Shown here: in pieces, positions 1-9,606 of the stretch | Layout of the letters: each line of letters opens with the position of its first letter | Position numbering within the stretch: position 1 is the first letter of the stretch | Source of the DNA: Candidatus Poribacteria bacterium | GTDB taxonomy: Bacteria > Poribacteria > WGA-4E > WGA-3G | DNA: 64,000 nt | Direction: 5' to 3' | Assembly (NCBI GenBank): GCA_963665235.2 | Contig: CAXXLX010000001.1 | Span: 2,528,001-2,592,000 of the forward strand | Made by a program: the position numbers and the translations under genes | Notes under the pieces: model-generated | The model's database searches: none | Seen by the model: only the letters and a program-made list of their open reading frames with translations | What the model was told of the DNA's origin: nothing

Positions 1-800
1 ATGTCTGTGCGGTCAGGTGCGATGTCGTTTCGGCGTGCTTCAAACCGTTCCTGTGTCGTTTCATCGGGCCCACGATTTACCAGAGTGTGATTGAACGTGT
101 CAATCTCTTCCTGTGATTTATCACAAGTTTCCTGCACCCATTCACCAAGCTCAATGTCATTTGGGTTGTTAACCGCGGCTTCCTGAAAATCATCGGCGGC
201 GGTTCCGAGGAATGTTAGGATGCGGACATCCTGTCCTGAGGTATCGCCATATTTATAGTCGCCGATTTTCCCTGTGCGGTCCGCGCGAGCTTTATCTGCC
301 ATGCGTGCAACACCACAGATGCCAGCAACATCCCTTGCCCGCGCACTGCGCGGCGGCCGGACGGTCAAATTGAGCTGCCAAAAACATCCCCAATCGTCTA
401 ATTCTATAGACTGAATCACTGTCTTAATATCGGTGCGCTCGGGTGCGAACCGTTCGAGCCGTTCTTTCAACAGCTGTTGATGTTTTTTGTCGGTCGGCAA
501 TTTCTCTAATTCCGTTCGATTAAATGTTGCGATTTCTTCAGCGGTCTTTTTGCCGTTTTCAAGCATCCAGTTGCTGAGTGTGGCATCGTCGTATTCGCCA
601 GCGGCCTCCGCGAATGCGTCCGATGAAATATTCAAAAACGCTAAAATACGCAGATCTAATCCGGAATCGGCTCCGTAAACAAAATCGCCGAGGGTTTCGG
701 CATTATGTGCGCGAGCTTTGTCTGTCATGCGTGCTGCCCCGACAATCCCTGCAACACCTAAGTTTGAGGGACGACGTGGGGGTTGACGTGTCAAATCCAT
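1..800 (-). CDS. Tandem DUF5069-like domain protein (3' end outside window)
   Basis: Manual translation from ATG 800 with RBS AAGGAG: MDLTRQPPRRPSNLGVAGIVGAARMTDKARAH...GDFVYGADSGLD, then a second copy LTVRPPRSARARDVAGICGVARMADKARA...GDYKYGDTSGQD. Open to the window edge; absent from the ORF track. Confidence 0.8.
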   Translation of the reverse strand, partial: MDLTRQPPRRPSNLGVAGIVGAARMTDKARAHNAETLGDFVYGADSGLDLRILAFLNISSDAFAEAAGEYDDATLSNWMLENGKKTAEEIATFNRTELEKLPTDKKHQQLLKERLERFAPERTDIKTVIQSIELDDWGCFWQLNLTVRPPRSARARDVAGICGVARMADKARADRTGKIGDYKYGDTSGQDVRILTFLGTAADDFQEAAVNNPNDIELGEWVQETCDKSQEEIDTFNHTLVNRGPDETTQERFEARRNDIAPDRTD

Positions 801-826
801 AATGTTTCTCCTTTCAATTTATTCCA

Positions 827-868
827 TAGGACTTATGCATTCCCCCCGGGGGAAATGCATAAGTCCTA
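827..868. repeat. Palindromic element TAGGACTTATGCA...TGCATAAGTCCTA
   Basis: Inverted repeat. The same terminal motif recurs at about 36919, 45949 and 60572. Confidence 0.75.
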
Positions 869-959
869 ATATCATGTTTAATACTTGTGTCAACAGATGC
901 CATACGCGCATTCGGCGTTGATTTGGTGTTTCCAAAGCGCGTGTCCAAAGAGAAAGCGG

Positions 960-2033
960 TTAGAAGGCATATAGTGCTGTTAACGAGACCAACGTCCCTA
1001 ACTCAAACGCATCGCTTTCCTCATACTTACCGTCTAAGAAAGCGGTGCTGTCATCATAAAGTGTCTCTTGTTGGATTGGCAGCATCAACGTAATAGATAG
1101 CGGCACGTTGTAAGGTGTCGCAAGGGACACGCCTATCGATGCCAGACTAAACCGGAGACCTGTATTGATGTCCTTCTCTCCTGCCCAATAGGCGTAGGAT
1201 TGATACAGTCCAAGATAACTCGTCTGTAGCGAAAGCCAATTGTTAACGCGATAATTCAACCCGGCGGTATAGGTAACATCCCATGAACCGCGATAGGTTT
1301 TACTGTTTTCATAGAATGGGAACTTCCCGCCAACACTTATGTTGCCAACTAACCCGCCGTAGATTGGAAGGCTGTAGTGCAAGTTAGCAGTAGGGTTAAA
1401 TGTCCCCGTACCGAATTGGATATGGAGATGTTCTAGGCCCATATCCCCGAGTTTCCATGGGTCTTCTTCGGTTTTACCGAACGGAATTGTTGTTCCCAAT
1501 TTTGCGGTTAGCTGGTCATGTTTTCGGAAAATTCCTTCTCTGTTATATGTCAACAAGAGGTTCATATCAGAGATACCGCGATAGGTTTCGTTTCGGTGGT
1601 GAATGTCCTGATTTCGTATTATCGCGTTTCTCTGTTCCGAGGTATCGATTGAATCGACCGGTTCAATGCTGGCATCTTGGCTTTTTATTTCATACGGCAG
1701 TGCTGCTTCTAATCGCCACTGTTCATTCAGTTGATATTTTAAGCCGATGTCGAACCGAAGAACGTTCAATTTGACCTTATGTCGGTGGACCGGTACCTCT
1801 ATTACGTTTCCGGTGGGAGAGATTCCCTTACTTTCGAGGTGGCCCCCTTCCGCGTTGAACCCGCGTGTATTAATAGACGCTTCAAATTTCTTTTGCTCTG
1901 AAGTTAAACTAACTTCACTTCCCCCACCTTGTGGGATTGTGGGGTTGCTTCACGCGCCTCAGCTCTCCTGTGCGAAGCCGAGGGGAATGAAGATGAATTG
2001 AACGGCAAAAATTGCCGCAAGTAGGATTTTCAT
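960..2033 (-). CDS. Putative outer-membrane beta-barrel protein with N-terminal UxxU motif (candidate selenoprotein, 357 aa)
   Basis: RBS GGAGGT, ATG 2033, signal peptide MKILLAAIFAVQFIFIPLGFA, then QES-TGA-GA-TGA-SNP. The frame continues without another stop into the 960-1769 ORF. Alternating beta-strand pattern and C-terminal YAF. Confidence 0.8.
1921..1944 (-). promoter_or_regulatory. Candidate bacterial SECIS hairpin
   Basis: CCCCAC-AAT-CCCAC-AAG-GTGGGGG directly 3' of the second TGA. The loop lies about 20 and 29 nt from the two TGAs. Confidence 0.5.
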
Positions 2034-2199
2034 GATATTTTACCTCCATTATTGTAGTTCCCCGTGTTGTTTTTCTTCGGAAACGATATTCTCTATTTCT
2101 TCTGCGATTTCTTGGACTTAGGAGAACGGTGTCCAGTATTCGGGCAAACAACCCGCTCCTAGAATTTTGCACAAAACACAGTCATGGTTTCCATTATTA

Positions 2200-2356
2200 T
2201 AATCCGAGTTGCTACCTATAAGTTTTTAGACATGGACACTCCGTCTTTAGGCAAAAAATGATTATAATTCGCCAATATCTTGTGCCGTAAACTTCCAGTT
2301 TGCGACCTTATGGCACAAACTAGGAAGTTTGTGCTACTATGTGGCAACTTAGGTTA
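2200..2356. mobile_element. MITE family E1
   Basis: Ends TAATCCGAGTTGCTAC / GTGGCAACTTAGGTTA, flanked by TTA on both sides. Homologues at 37425-37564 and 37568-37728. Confidence 0.8.
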
Positions 2357-2359
2357 TTA

Positions 2360-2539
2360 TACCATTTCTAATTGAAAATGTCTCTTTATTGTAGCATAAA
2401 CTTCCAGTTTGTGCTCTTTATTGTAGCATAAACTTCCAGTTTGTGCTCTTTATTGTAGCATAAACTTCCAGTTTGTGTCTTCCGTTCTCCGTTTGATTTC
2501 TAACAACCGGTAATGATAGAATAATTAATAAAAATGGTA
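2360..2539 (+). mobile_element. MITE family E2 with three 32-bp REP-like units
   Basis: TIR TACCATTT/AAATGGTA, TTA target duplication, unit GTAGCATAAACTTCCAGTTTGTGCTCTTTATT. Inverted copy at 44862-45169. Confidence 0.85.
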
Positions 2540-2696
2540 TTATATCAAAAACAGTAGTATTTTGTCAAAAAAACACATAACTTTAGATTTTATGAAGTTC
2601 TTATAGGTTCAGGTTTTTATAGAAATTTCGTAACTGCAACTTACCCTTCTTCCGAAACACCTTTGCGAAAATAAAATAGGTTGGAACACCACAACC

Positions 2697-3983
2697 TCAA
2701 AGCAGCGGTGCCGACGTTTTGCCCAGCACCCGTGGCAACCAGAGACTCAACTCCGGAATATACGTCACCAATAGAAGCGCGATGAGAAGTAAACCTATAA
2801 AAAGCAGGACCGAACGGTAGAGCAGCACGACAGGTCGTTCGAACTTCAAGCTTGATATAAACAGATTCATGCCCACCGGTGGTGTGAGATAACCGATTTC
2901 AAGGTTTGTTAAGACGATGATGCCGAGGTGCACTTTGTCAATACCAAATTGTTCAGCGATTGGAATAAGCAGCGGGACGACGATGATTATCGCTGAAAAG
3001 ATGTCCATCAAACACCCAACGATGAGCAGAAAGATATTCAAGCCGATAAGGGTAATGATACGGTTCTCTGTTATTGATTGTATCCAATCCAGCACAACTG
3101 TTTGAACCTCGAGGGTAACAAGATAGTTTGTTAATCCTAACGCTATGCCGAGGATGATAAGAATTGCACCGACGAGCACCATGCTCTCTTTGACAAGGCG
3201 CGGTAACGTTTTCACAGAAATTGATTTGTGGATGCAGATTTCTACGAGGCAAACATATATGACAGTCAATGCTGCGATTTCATCAAGCGTAACAACGCCT
3301 GAAAGGAGACCGCCTAAAATGAGAACGGGTAAAAGGACTTCCCACTTCACATCCCATAACGTTCGTAGGAAAACCGATAAGCGAAATGGGGTTGTTTCTG
3401 TCCGTTTAAAGAGGCTCCATCCGCTACAGTAAAAACCGAGAATAGCGAGAATAATTATGCCGGGGATGATGCCTGCGAAGAGCATGCTATCAATCCGTAC
3501 TTTTGCGACAATAGCATAAAGAATAAGCGGAATACTCGGCGGAAATAGGAGGCCGATGCTGCCGGAGGCGGTCACCAACCCTAATGAAAATTGTTCACTG
3601 TAGCTTTGACGTAGAATTGGATAGAGCAAACCCCCGAGGGCGATAATCGTTATGCCGGAAGCCCCCGTAAAGGTGGTAAAGAACGCACAGGTGCCGAGGA
3701 CGACCACTGCAATCCCGCCCGGTAGCCATCCAACACTGGCGCGTGCAAATGCGACTAAACGTTGCGGTGCTTTTCCTTCCGCGATAATATATCCTGCCAA
3801 AGTGAAAAGTGGAATAATCAGAATAGTCTGATTTTTTGTGAGTCTATTGACATCAATTAGGATTGTTGAAATCGGGTCACCTGCTGTGGCGTATCCGATA
3901 ATTGACGCAGCTCCAAGTAGTACAAAGAGCGCGCCGCCTAAGAGTGCGAAACCTACTAAGCCTATACCGATTATTAATCCCAT
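2697..3983 (-). CDS. dctM: TRAP transporter large permease
   Basis: Highly hydrophobic 428 aa with IPLFTLAG, ASGSIGLLFPPS and EIGYLTPPVGMNLF motifs. Confidence 0.92.
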   Translation of the reverse strand: MGLIIGIGLVGFALLGGALFVLLGAASIIGYATAGDPISTILIDVNRLTKNQTILIIPLFTLAGYIIAEGKAPQRLVAFARASVGWLPGGIAVVVLGTCAFFTTFTGASGITIIALGGLLYPILRQSYSEQFSLGLVTASGSIGLLFPPSIPLILYAIVAKVRIDSMLFAGIIPGIIILAILGFYCSGWSLFKRTETTPFRLSVFLRTLWDVKWEVLLPVLILGGLLSGVVTLDEIAALTVIYVCLVEICIHKSISVKTLPRLVKESMVLVGAILIILGIALGLTNYLVTLEVQTVVLDWIQSITENRIITLIGLNIFLLIVGCLMDIFSAIIIVVPLLIPIAEQFGIDKVHLGIIVLTNLEIGYLTPPVGMNLFISSLKFERPVVLLYRSVLLFIGLLLIALLLVTYIPELSLWLPRVLGKTSAPLL

Positions 3984-4510
3984 TAATTCGATTCTCCTTC
4001 GGCCTCAGCAGGGGGGAGTTCAGGTGCTGCGAAACGCATACAAATCTGAAGTATCAAGTGAACAGCGATAAGGACAAACCCTATCGGGATGATGCTTTTC
4101 GCCCACCAGAGCGGGACTGTGCCGATAAGTGTAGCTGGACTTTGCTGTTCGTCTTTCAGGAAGACAAAACCGTAATAGGCTAAAATGCTCACGACACTTA
4201 GGCTGAGAACGTCAATGATATAGGCACTGAAACGCTTAACGTTTTCAGGCAAAATACGGTTGAGAACGTCAATGCTAATATGCCGCTTTTCTGCGGAGGC
4301 GAGTGCTGCGCCAAGGAAACATAACCAGAGCGTTAAGTGCTGAAGCATCACAGTTTTCCACAATAGGCTCGTCTTGAATCCGTAACGCATTATAATTTCC
4401 AGCAGCGCAAGTCCAATCATCAGGACGACGACTACGCATAACATGCCTGTTTCGATTTTACCAAGGAGGGTGTTTGCGCGCTGTAAGTAGTTCTGAACAG
4501 AAAATTTCAT
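3983..4510 (-). CDS. dctQ: TRAP transporter small permease
   Basis: Four TM helices, WLCFLGAALASAEKRHISID motif. Start moved to ATG 4510 (RBS GGAGG). Confidence 0.88.
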   Translation of the reverse strand: MKFSVQNYLQRANTLLGKIETGMLCVVVVLMIGLALLEIIMRYGFKTSLLWKTVMLQHLTLWLCFLGAALASAEKRHISIDVLNRILPENVKRFSAYIIDVLSLSVVSILAYYGFVFLKDEQQSPATLIGTVPLWWAKSIIPIGFVLIAVHLILQICMRFAAPELPPAEAEGESN

Positions 4511-4523
4511 GAGAGACCCTCCC

Positions 4524-5783
4524 CTATTTTTCCGCTGCGAGTACCTGAATACCTGCGGCCGGTAGGACCGCGACTTTGGCTTTTGCTGGAAGGGTTTCAG
4601 CGAAGAGTTGTATAAGTTGCTCAAGGTTGCGGAAAAGAATTCCGTTCGAGAGTTTTTTGCTAAAATCGTCTACAAGGAAATTCTCCGACCAGACGTGCAG
4701 TTGATTTCGGTTTCCGAGTTTCGGTTTGGGAAGTTCAGATGGCGTTCTCTCTGCTTGCTGTTCAAGAAATCGGGTATAATCAATTTCCTCAAACAGCCCG
4801 TGGTAGCAGATACCGTCGCTTGCGGGATTCAGGACCATCTTATATGCGTTTTCAAAATAGCGAGTCGCCCACAGTGCTTTTCCTGTTTGAAGGGGGTCGC
4901 TATCAAGGGGGTAACAGTTGAGCACAACGAGGTCCGTCTCTTTTCGGGATTGCATCGGTATTTCTGTGCCGTAGGTTTCTAGGGCGAACTGCGCGCCAGC
5001 GCGATGTGCCTGCACAAAATCTCCTACAAACACTCCACAAATTTCCCTCCGAGAATTAAGGACAACGTTAGCGATAACGTCAAGCCCGATGTGTGCTGCG
5101 GTCTCTTCGGCAAAATCACGATGATCGGCGGTGTCACCGCTTCTTTCAATGACTGCATGCCCACGGCTTGGTGAAAAGGTGTGGAAATAGAAGATTGTTT
5201 CAAAACCGGCGATACCGGGGACTATCAGCTTTGCGCCGCCGCCAAATCCGACAGCACCGTGCGGATAGATGCCTCCCAAGCAGATTTTGAAATCCGCATC
5301 TGCTACGGTTTCGTTTATATAGATAGGCATACCGTTGTCAAGGCTGCCGTGTCCACGTAGGTCACCGCTCATAAAGTCATGGCTTGTTACCTCATATTCT
5401 CTTGCGATGTCGGTGCCCACTTTTTTTGCGATTTCTTCATCCGTGAGCGGCCGGTGTGAGCCGCCACCTACAACAAATCGGGTCTCTGATTTGGGAACAC
5501 CTGCTGCGGTGAGCTCTTGTAATAGAAAGGGAATCACTTCATGTGCTGGGGTCGGCCGACTCAGGTCATCTACGATGATAGCAGCCCGTTTTTTGCCTTT
5601 TGCAAGCTCGGCAATACGGGGGGTGCCTATCGGTTGGGCGAACGCGTGTTCAATTTCCGCATCAGAGAGGCGTGGTGCATCCTTCGGGCCTAAGATCTCG
5701 ACCTCCCATCCCGTCGGAAAATTTAAAGTAAGTTCTTTATCGCCATACCAAGCGTGGGCGTACATTGTTGCTGTGTTCTTCAT
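4524..5783 (-). CDS. Lactate racemase (LarA) family protein
   Basis: IIVDDLSRPTP, GGGSHRP and PHGAVGFGGGAKLIVPGIA motifs. Confidence 0.85.
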   Translation of the reverse strand: MKNTATMYAHAWYGDKELTLNFPTGWEVEILGPKDAPRLSDAEIEHAFAQPIGTPRIAELAKGKKRAAIIVDDLSRPTPAHEVIPFLLQELTAAGVPKSETRFVVGGGSHRPLTDEEIAKKVGTDIAREYEVTSHDFMSGDLRGHGSLDNGMPIYINETVADADFKICLGGIYPHGAVGFGGGAKLIVPGIAGFETIFYFHTFSPSRGHAVIERSGDTADHRDFAEETAAHIGLDVIANVVLNSRREICGVFVGDFVQAHRAGAQFALETYGTEIPMQSRKETDLVVLNCYPLDSDPLQTGKALWATRYFENAYKMVLNPASDGICYHGLFEEIDYTRFLEQQAERTPSELPKPKLGNRNQLHVWSENFLVDDFSKKLSNGILFRNLEQLIQLFAETLPAKAKVAVLPAAGIQVLAAEK

Positions 5784-5953
5784 CTATCCGATTCCTTATA
5801 GAAAATTCGATGCGCGAGGATTTCGATTTTTTTACGTTCCTCTACATTATATCAGAAAAACGACCCTTCGTCAAGAAAAATGTAAATTTCCTTGACAACC
5901 GGTTACTGTTTCTGATAGGATATAGATTAACATGTTGATTAATTTTTTAAAGG

Positions 5954-7009
5954 ATGTCCATGAAATTACTGGTCACTGGCGGTGCTGGATTTATCGGCAC
6001 CAATTTTATCCGACATTGGCTTCGTGAGTATCCACAGGATACTGTGGTTAACCTTGATAGGTTGACGTACGCGGGGAATCTCTCTAATCTGACAGACGTG
6101 GTGGCGGCTTATCCGGAGCGATATACGTTTGTCCATGGTGATATTCTTGATGGTGCGTTTGTGTCGACGTTTTTCGAAACACATCGGCCGGATGTAATTG
6201 TCAATTTTGCTGCGGAATCTCACAATAGTCGTGCAATTTTACACCCGCGGCAATTCTTTGAAACGAACGTGATGGGGACTCAGGTTTTATTAGACGCTGC
6301 GCGGCAGTATGATATATCGCGGTTTCATCACATCTCGACGTGTGAGGTTTACGGGGAGCTGCCCTTAGATTCGCCTGATGCGTTTACTGAAACTTCTCCC
6401 TACCGCCCACAGACACCGTACAACGCCTCCAAAGCAGCAGCTGATCATCTCGTTAATGCCTATTTTCATAGTTTCGGGCTTCCGATAACGATTTCGAACA
6501 GTTCCAATAACTACGGGCCTTATCAACATCCGGAGAAATTGATTCCGCTTTTCACAACGAATGCTATACAGGATTTGCCTTTGACGCTCTACCGCAGTAG
6601 TCACAACCGTAGGGAATGGCTGCACGTTCACGATCACTGTTGTGCCATTGCTTCGGTTATCCACAACGGCAGAATCGGGGAGACGTATAACATCGGCAGT
6701 GGTGTTGAGAAAAGCATTGAGGAGATTAGCGATTTTATTTTGGAATTTCTCAATAAACCGCAACGTCTGAAAACCTATGTTCCCGATAGACCGGGGCACG
6801 ATTGTCGGTATCTCTTAGATTCCGAGAAGATTGAACGTGAGCTCGGTTGGCACCCGGTGATGCCGTTTGAGTCCGGGATGCAGCAGACGATTCAGTGGTA
6901 CGTTGACAATCAGGAGTGGTGGCAAAAAATTCAGCAGAACGCTGCTACAGCGAGCGTTCAGGAAGATAAATGGGAAACGTTCTCTCCTGCAAAGCAGGAA
7001 GATGTCTGA
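5954..7009 (+). CDS. rfbB: dTDP-glucose 4,6-dehydratase
   Basis: VTGGAGFIG, LTYAGN, FAAESH, YNASK, NNYGPYQHPEKLIP and DRPGHD motifs. Confidence 0.92.
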   Translation: MSMKLLVTGGAGFIGTNFIRHWLREYPQDTVVNLDRLTYAGNLSNLTDVVAAYPERYTFVHGDILDGAFVSTFFETHRPDVIVNFAAESHNSRAILHPRQFFETNVMGTQVLLDAARQYDISRFHHISTCEVYGELPLDSPDAFTETSPYRPQTPYNASKAAADHLVNAYFHSFGLPITISNSSNNYGPYQHPEKLIPLFTTNAIQDLPLTLYRSSHNRREWLHVHDHCCAIASVIHNGRIGETYNIGSGVEKSIEEISDFILEFLNKPQRLKTYVPDRPGHDCRYLLDSEKIERELGWHPVMPFESGMQQTIQWYVDNQEWWQKIQQNAATASVQEDKWETFSPAKQEDV

Positions 7010-7021
7010 TGCACCGGCGGT

Positions 7022-7732
7022 TTATTTCGGACACCATGCCATCACTGTGCCGAAACTGGCGAATATACTGTCTTCACCGCTTGTTAGGATGCGCGAGCCC
7101 TGGACCACAATTTTTGCATCGCGACTGGTGATTTTATAGCTGACAGGTGCGTCTTTGGCAATCAGCGGTGCGCCGTTAGCATCCTTCAGTTTATCCAAGC
7201 GATAATGCACCGAACGATGTGCGGGCACGTCAAATTCACAAGATACGTTTTTCATGGCAATGTCTTCATAAAGCACCTCTAGTTGGCATAGGGTATCAAT
7301 ATCGGCTGTGTTGGAGATGCATATAGATTCGTGTGAGAAATATCCGCCGCCCTGCTGTTCCCACACCTGCTCTGCTGGCGTTAGCGCTGCCATGTAGCCG
7401 TCCGGAATAACCCAGACGTAAGCTCCATCTCCCTCCGATGTGTAGGATTTGAGTGCATCTGATATTGCTTCCGAATTTGCTGTAGCTTCATCGAGTGAAA
7501 TCACAAGAAATCGGGAGTAGAGTTGAATACCTTTTGAAGGGTTGTGTTCCCTTAGGTGTCCTGTCACGTTCAGGCACAATCTATTTTCATTTAGCATTTC
7601 AAGATGGCTCACGCCTTGCGATGCAAGCCAAGGCCCGAACGTATCGTTAAGAAGGGACGTTAGGGTGTCTAAATCTGATATACCTGCTTGTCTGTATTCT
7701 CGAATCGTTGCGAATAATATTCCGAACGTCAT
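7022..7732 (-). CDS. Sensory rhodopsin transducer (ASRT)-like domain with a ~100-aa N-terminal domain
   Basis: C-terminal half WVIPDGYM...SHESICISN...VPAHRSVHYRLD...IVVQGSR matches the ASRT pattern. RBS AAGGAG before ATG 7732. Confidence 0.75.
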   Translation of the reverse strand: MTFGILFATIREYRQAGISDLDTLTSLLNDTFGPWLASQGVSHLEMLNENRLCLNVTGHLREHNPSKGIQLYSRFLVISLDEATANSEAISDALKSYTSEGDGAYVWVIPDGYMAALTPAEQVWEQQGGGYFSHESICISNTADIDTLCQLEVLYEDIAMKNVSCEFDVPAHRSVHYRLDKLKDANGAPLIAKDAPVSYKITSRDAKIVVQGSRILTSGEDSIFASFGTVMAWCPK

Positions 7733-7751
7733 GTAAATCTCCTTTCGGGTT

Positions 7752-8090
7752 TCAAACCATCCATCTTTCAGATATACCGAGTGCTGCGGACAGCACGTGT
7801 AAAAGCACAGTTTTGGCATCGCTGCCGACAAATTGGCGTTGTGTATCAATATAGGTACCGTAATCGGCTGCCCATTCGCGAAAGCAGGTTTGGTATACCC
7901 ACCCTTTGGCTGTGCGTCGAAAGACAGAGCGGTCGGGGTACGGGAGTTTTTGGATTAAGAGCGCGTGTAGTTGTTTACAGGTGGGCAGCCATTTATCTTC
8001 GCTCTTTTCGGTGTCTGGCTTCAGTGCCTGAATTTCAGGGTGCTGACATAGGTCCAAATATTCTGGGGTATGGTCTTTGGTATTTTTCAC
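7752..8090 (-). CDS. Hypothetical protein
   Basis: 112-aa ORF with RBS AGGAG, co-oriented with the ASRT-like gene. Confidence 0.7.
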   Translation of the reverse strand: MKNTKDHTPEYLDLCQHPEIQALKPDTEKSEDKWLPTCKQLHALLIQKLPYPDRSVFRRTAKGWVYQTCFREWAADYGTYIDTQRQFVGSDAKTVLLHVLSAALGISERWMV

Positions 8091-8270
8091 TGTTTAACAA
8101 ATCTCGCTCCTAAAGCGGGGGGAATGCATCCAGCCTAGTTGTTATAGACAGAATAATACCACATTTCATCAAAAAATGTCAAGGGAAAGAGTGCATATAA
8201 AAAAACGTTTGATTTTTGTTTCGGTTTTTGCTAAACTGTGTTCAAATTTCATATCAAACCAAAATAACAG

Positions 8271-8912
8271 ATGAAAACACGGATTAAAATTTGTGGCATT
8301 ACGAATCTTGCCGATGCAGAAATGGCTGTCGCAGCGGGGGCAGATGCACTCGGGTTTATCTTCGTCCCGAACACACCACGTTACATAACCCCCAAGGATA
8401 CGACAGAAATTGTTCGCACGTTGCCGCCTTTCGTCACAACGGTTGGCGTATTCCGGGACGCTGAAAGCAAGGAGGTTGCGGATATTGCTCGCCAGTGCGG
8501 CATAACAACTGTCCAGTTACATGGCAGAGAATCCCCCGAATTTTGTGAACAACTCTCACTGCCGGTCATTAAGGTCTTTGAGTTACAAAACGAGGCAGAT
8601 TTGGATGCCTTAGCTGCTTACGACGTGAGTGCGTCCCTTGTGGATAAACCGAAATCGATTGGCGCGGGAACAAGCAATTGGGAACTCGCTCGAAATGCCC
8701 GGCACCGCGTGAATCGGTTAATCCTTGCTGGCGGATTGACCCCTAATAATGTCGCTGATGCTATCAGGCACGTAACACCGGACGCTGTTGACGTATCCAG
8801 CGGTGTAGAAGCGGAAAAACGGCGGAAAGACCCTAGAAAGGTTAATGCTTTCATCAGAGCCGTCCGCAAAATGGACGAAGAATTAGGCGGCTTAAAGTCA
8901 AAACGGAAATAA
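8271..8912 (+). CDS. trpF: Phosphoribosylanthranilate isomerase
   Basis: KICGIT, VQLHG, LAGGLTPNNV and DVSSGVE motifs. Confidence 0.95.
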   Translation: MKTRIKICGITNLADAEMAVAAGADALGFIFVPNTPRYITPKDTTEIVRTLPPFVTTVGVFRDAESKEVADIARQCGITTVQLHGRESPEFCEQLSLPVIKVFELQNEADLDALAAYDVSASLVDKPKSIGAGTSNWELARNARHRVNRLILAGGLTPNNVADAIRHVTPDAVDVSSGVEAEKRRKDPRKVNAFIRAVRKMDEELGGLKSKRK

Positions 8913-8915
8913 AAA

Positions 8916-9431
8916 ATGGAAACAGTAACGTTGACCTATAAAAGACTCCCGGACCGGGTTAATTATTTTCAACAGCGACTGCTTTATGAAGACGCTGATG
9001 TCATTGTCACGGCGCAGCGAATAAAACCGTCCTCCCCTATCGTTCTGAACGGCAAAACAGTATTGGCGGATGATTTTACGGCGGTCTGGTTCGTATTTAC
9101 AGGATTGTGGTACGATGTCGGCAAGATTTATAACCTGAAAAACGAGTGGACCGGTTATTACTGTGACATTATGATGCCTGTGAAACGGACCGAGACTCAA
9201 TTTGAAATTACCGACCTGTTTTTGGACCTGTGGATATCGCCTGATGGCAGTTATGAAATCCAAGATGAAGATGAGTTTGAGTCGGCAATTCGGCACGGCG
9301 TAATTGATACCGAATTGGCAAAGAAGGCGCAAAACGCTCTTGATGCCTTAATTGCTGACGTTGAATCGGGAAAATTCCCAAGACAATCTATAATTGTAGA
9401 ATTTGAGCATGCCCCTTCTCAACTTTTTTGA
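8916..9431 (+). CDS. DUF402 family protein
   Basis: GYYCDI...DLFLDLWISPDG...DEDEF motif. Confidence 0.85.
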   Translation: METVTLTYKRLPDRVNYFQQRLLYEDADVIVTAQRIKPSSPIVLNGKTVLADDFTAVWFVFTGLWYDVGKIYNLKNEWTGYYCDIMMPVKRTETQFEITDLFLDLWISPDGSYEIQDEDEFESAIRHGVIDTELAKKAQNALDALIADVESGKFPRQSIIVEFEHAPSQLF

Positions 9432-9606
9432 AAAAATACATGACATGTTTTGAAATTCATGGTATTCTATTAAAAATGGCAGTCAGTTAAAAGATTTTCT
9501 TTTCACAATTCACGCGGTCTATGACAATAGAGGCATAATTGAACGATGGAACAAATTTTCATGGAAAATACGACACAAACCCTTTTGTTCAGGGTTTAGC
9601 AAAAAC

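Noticed and set aside
1915-2172. 85-aa ORF
   Set aside because: It begins in a REP-like repeat and overlaps the better-supported signal-peptide frame starting at 2033.
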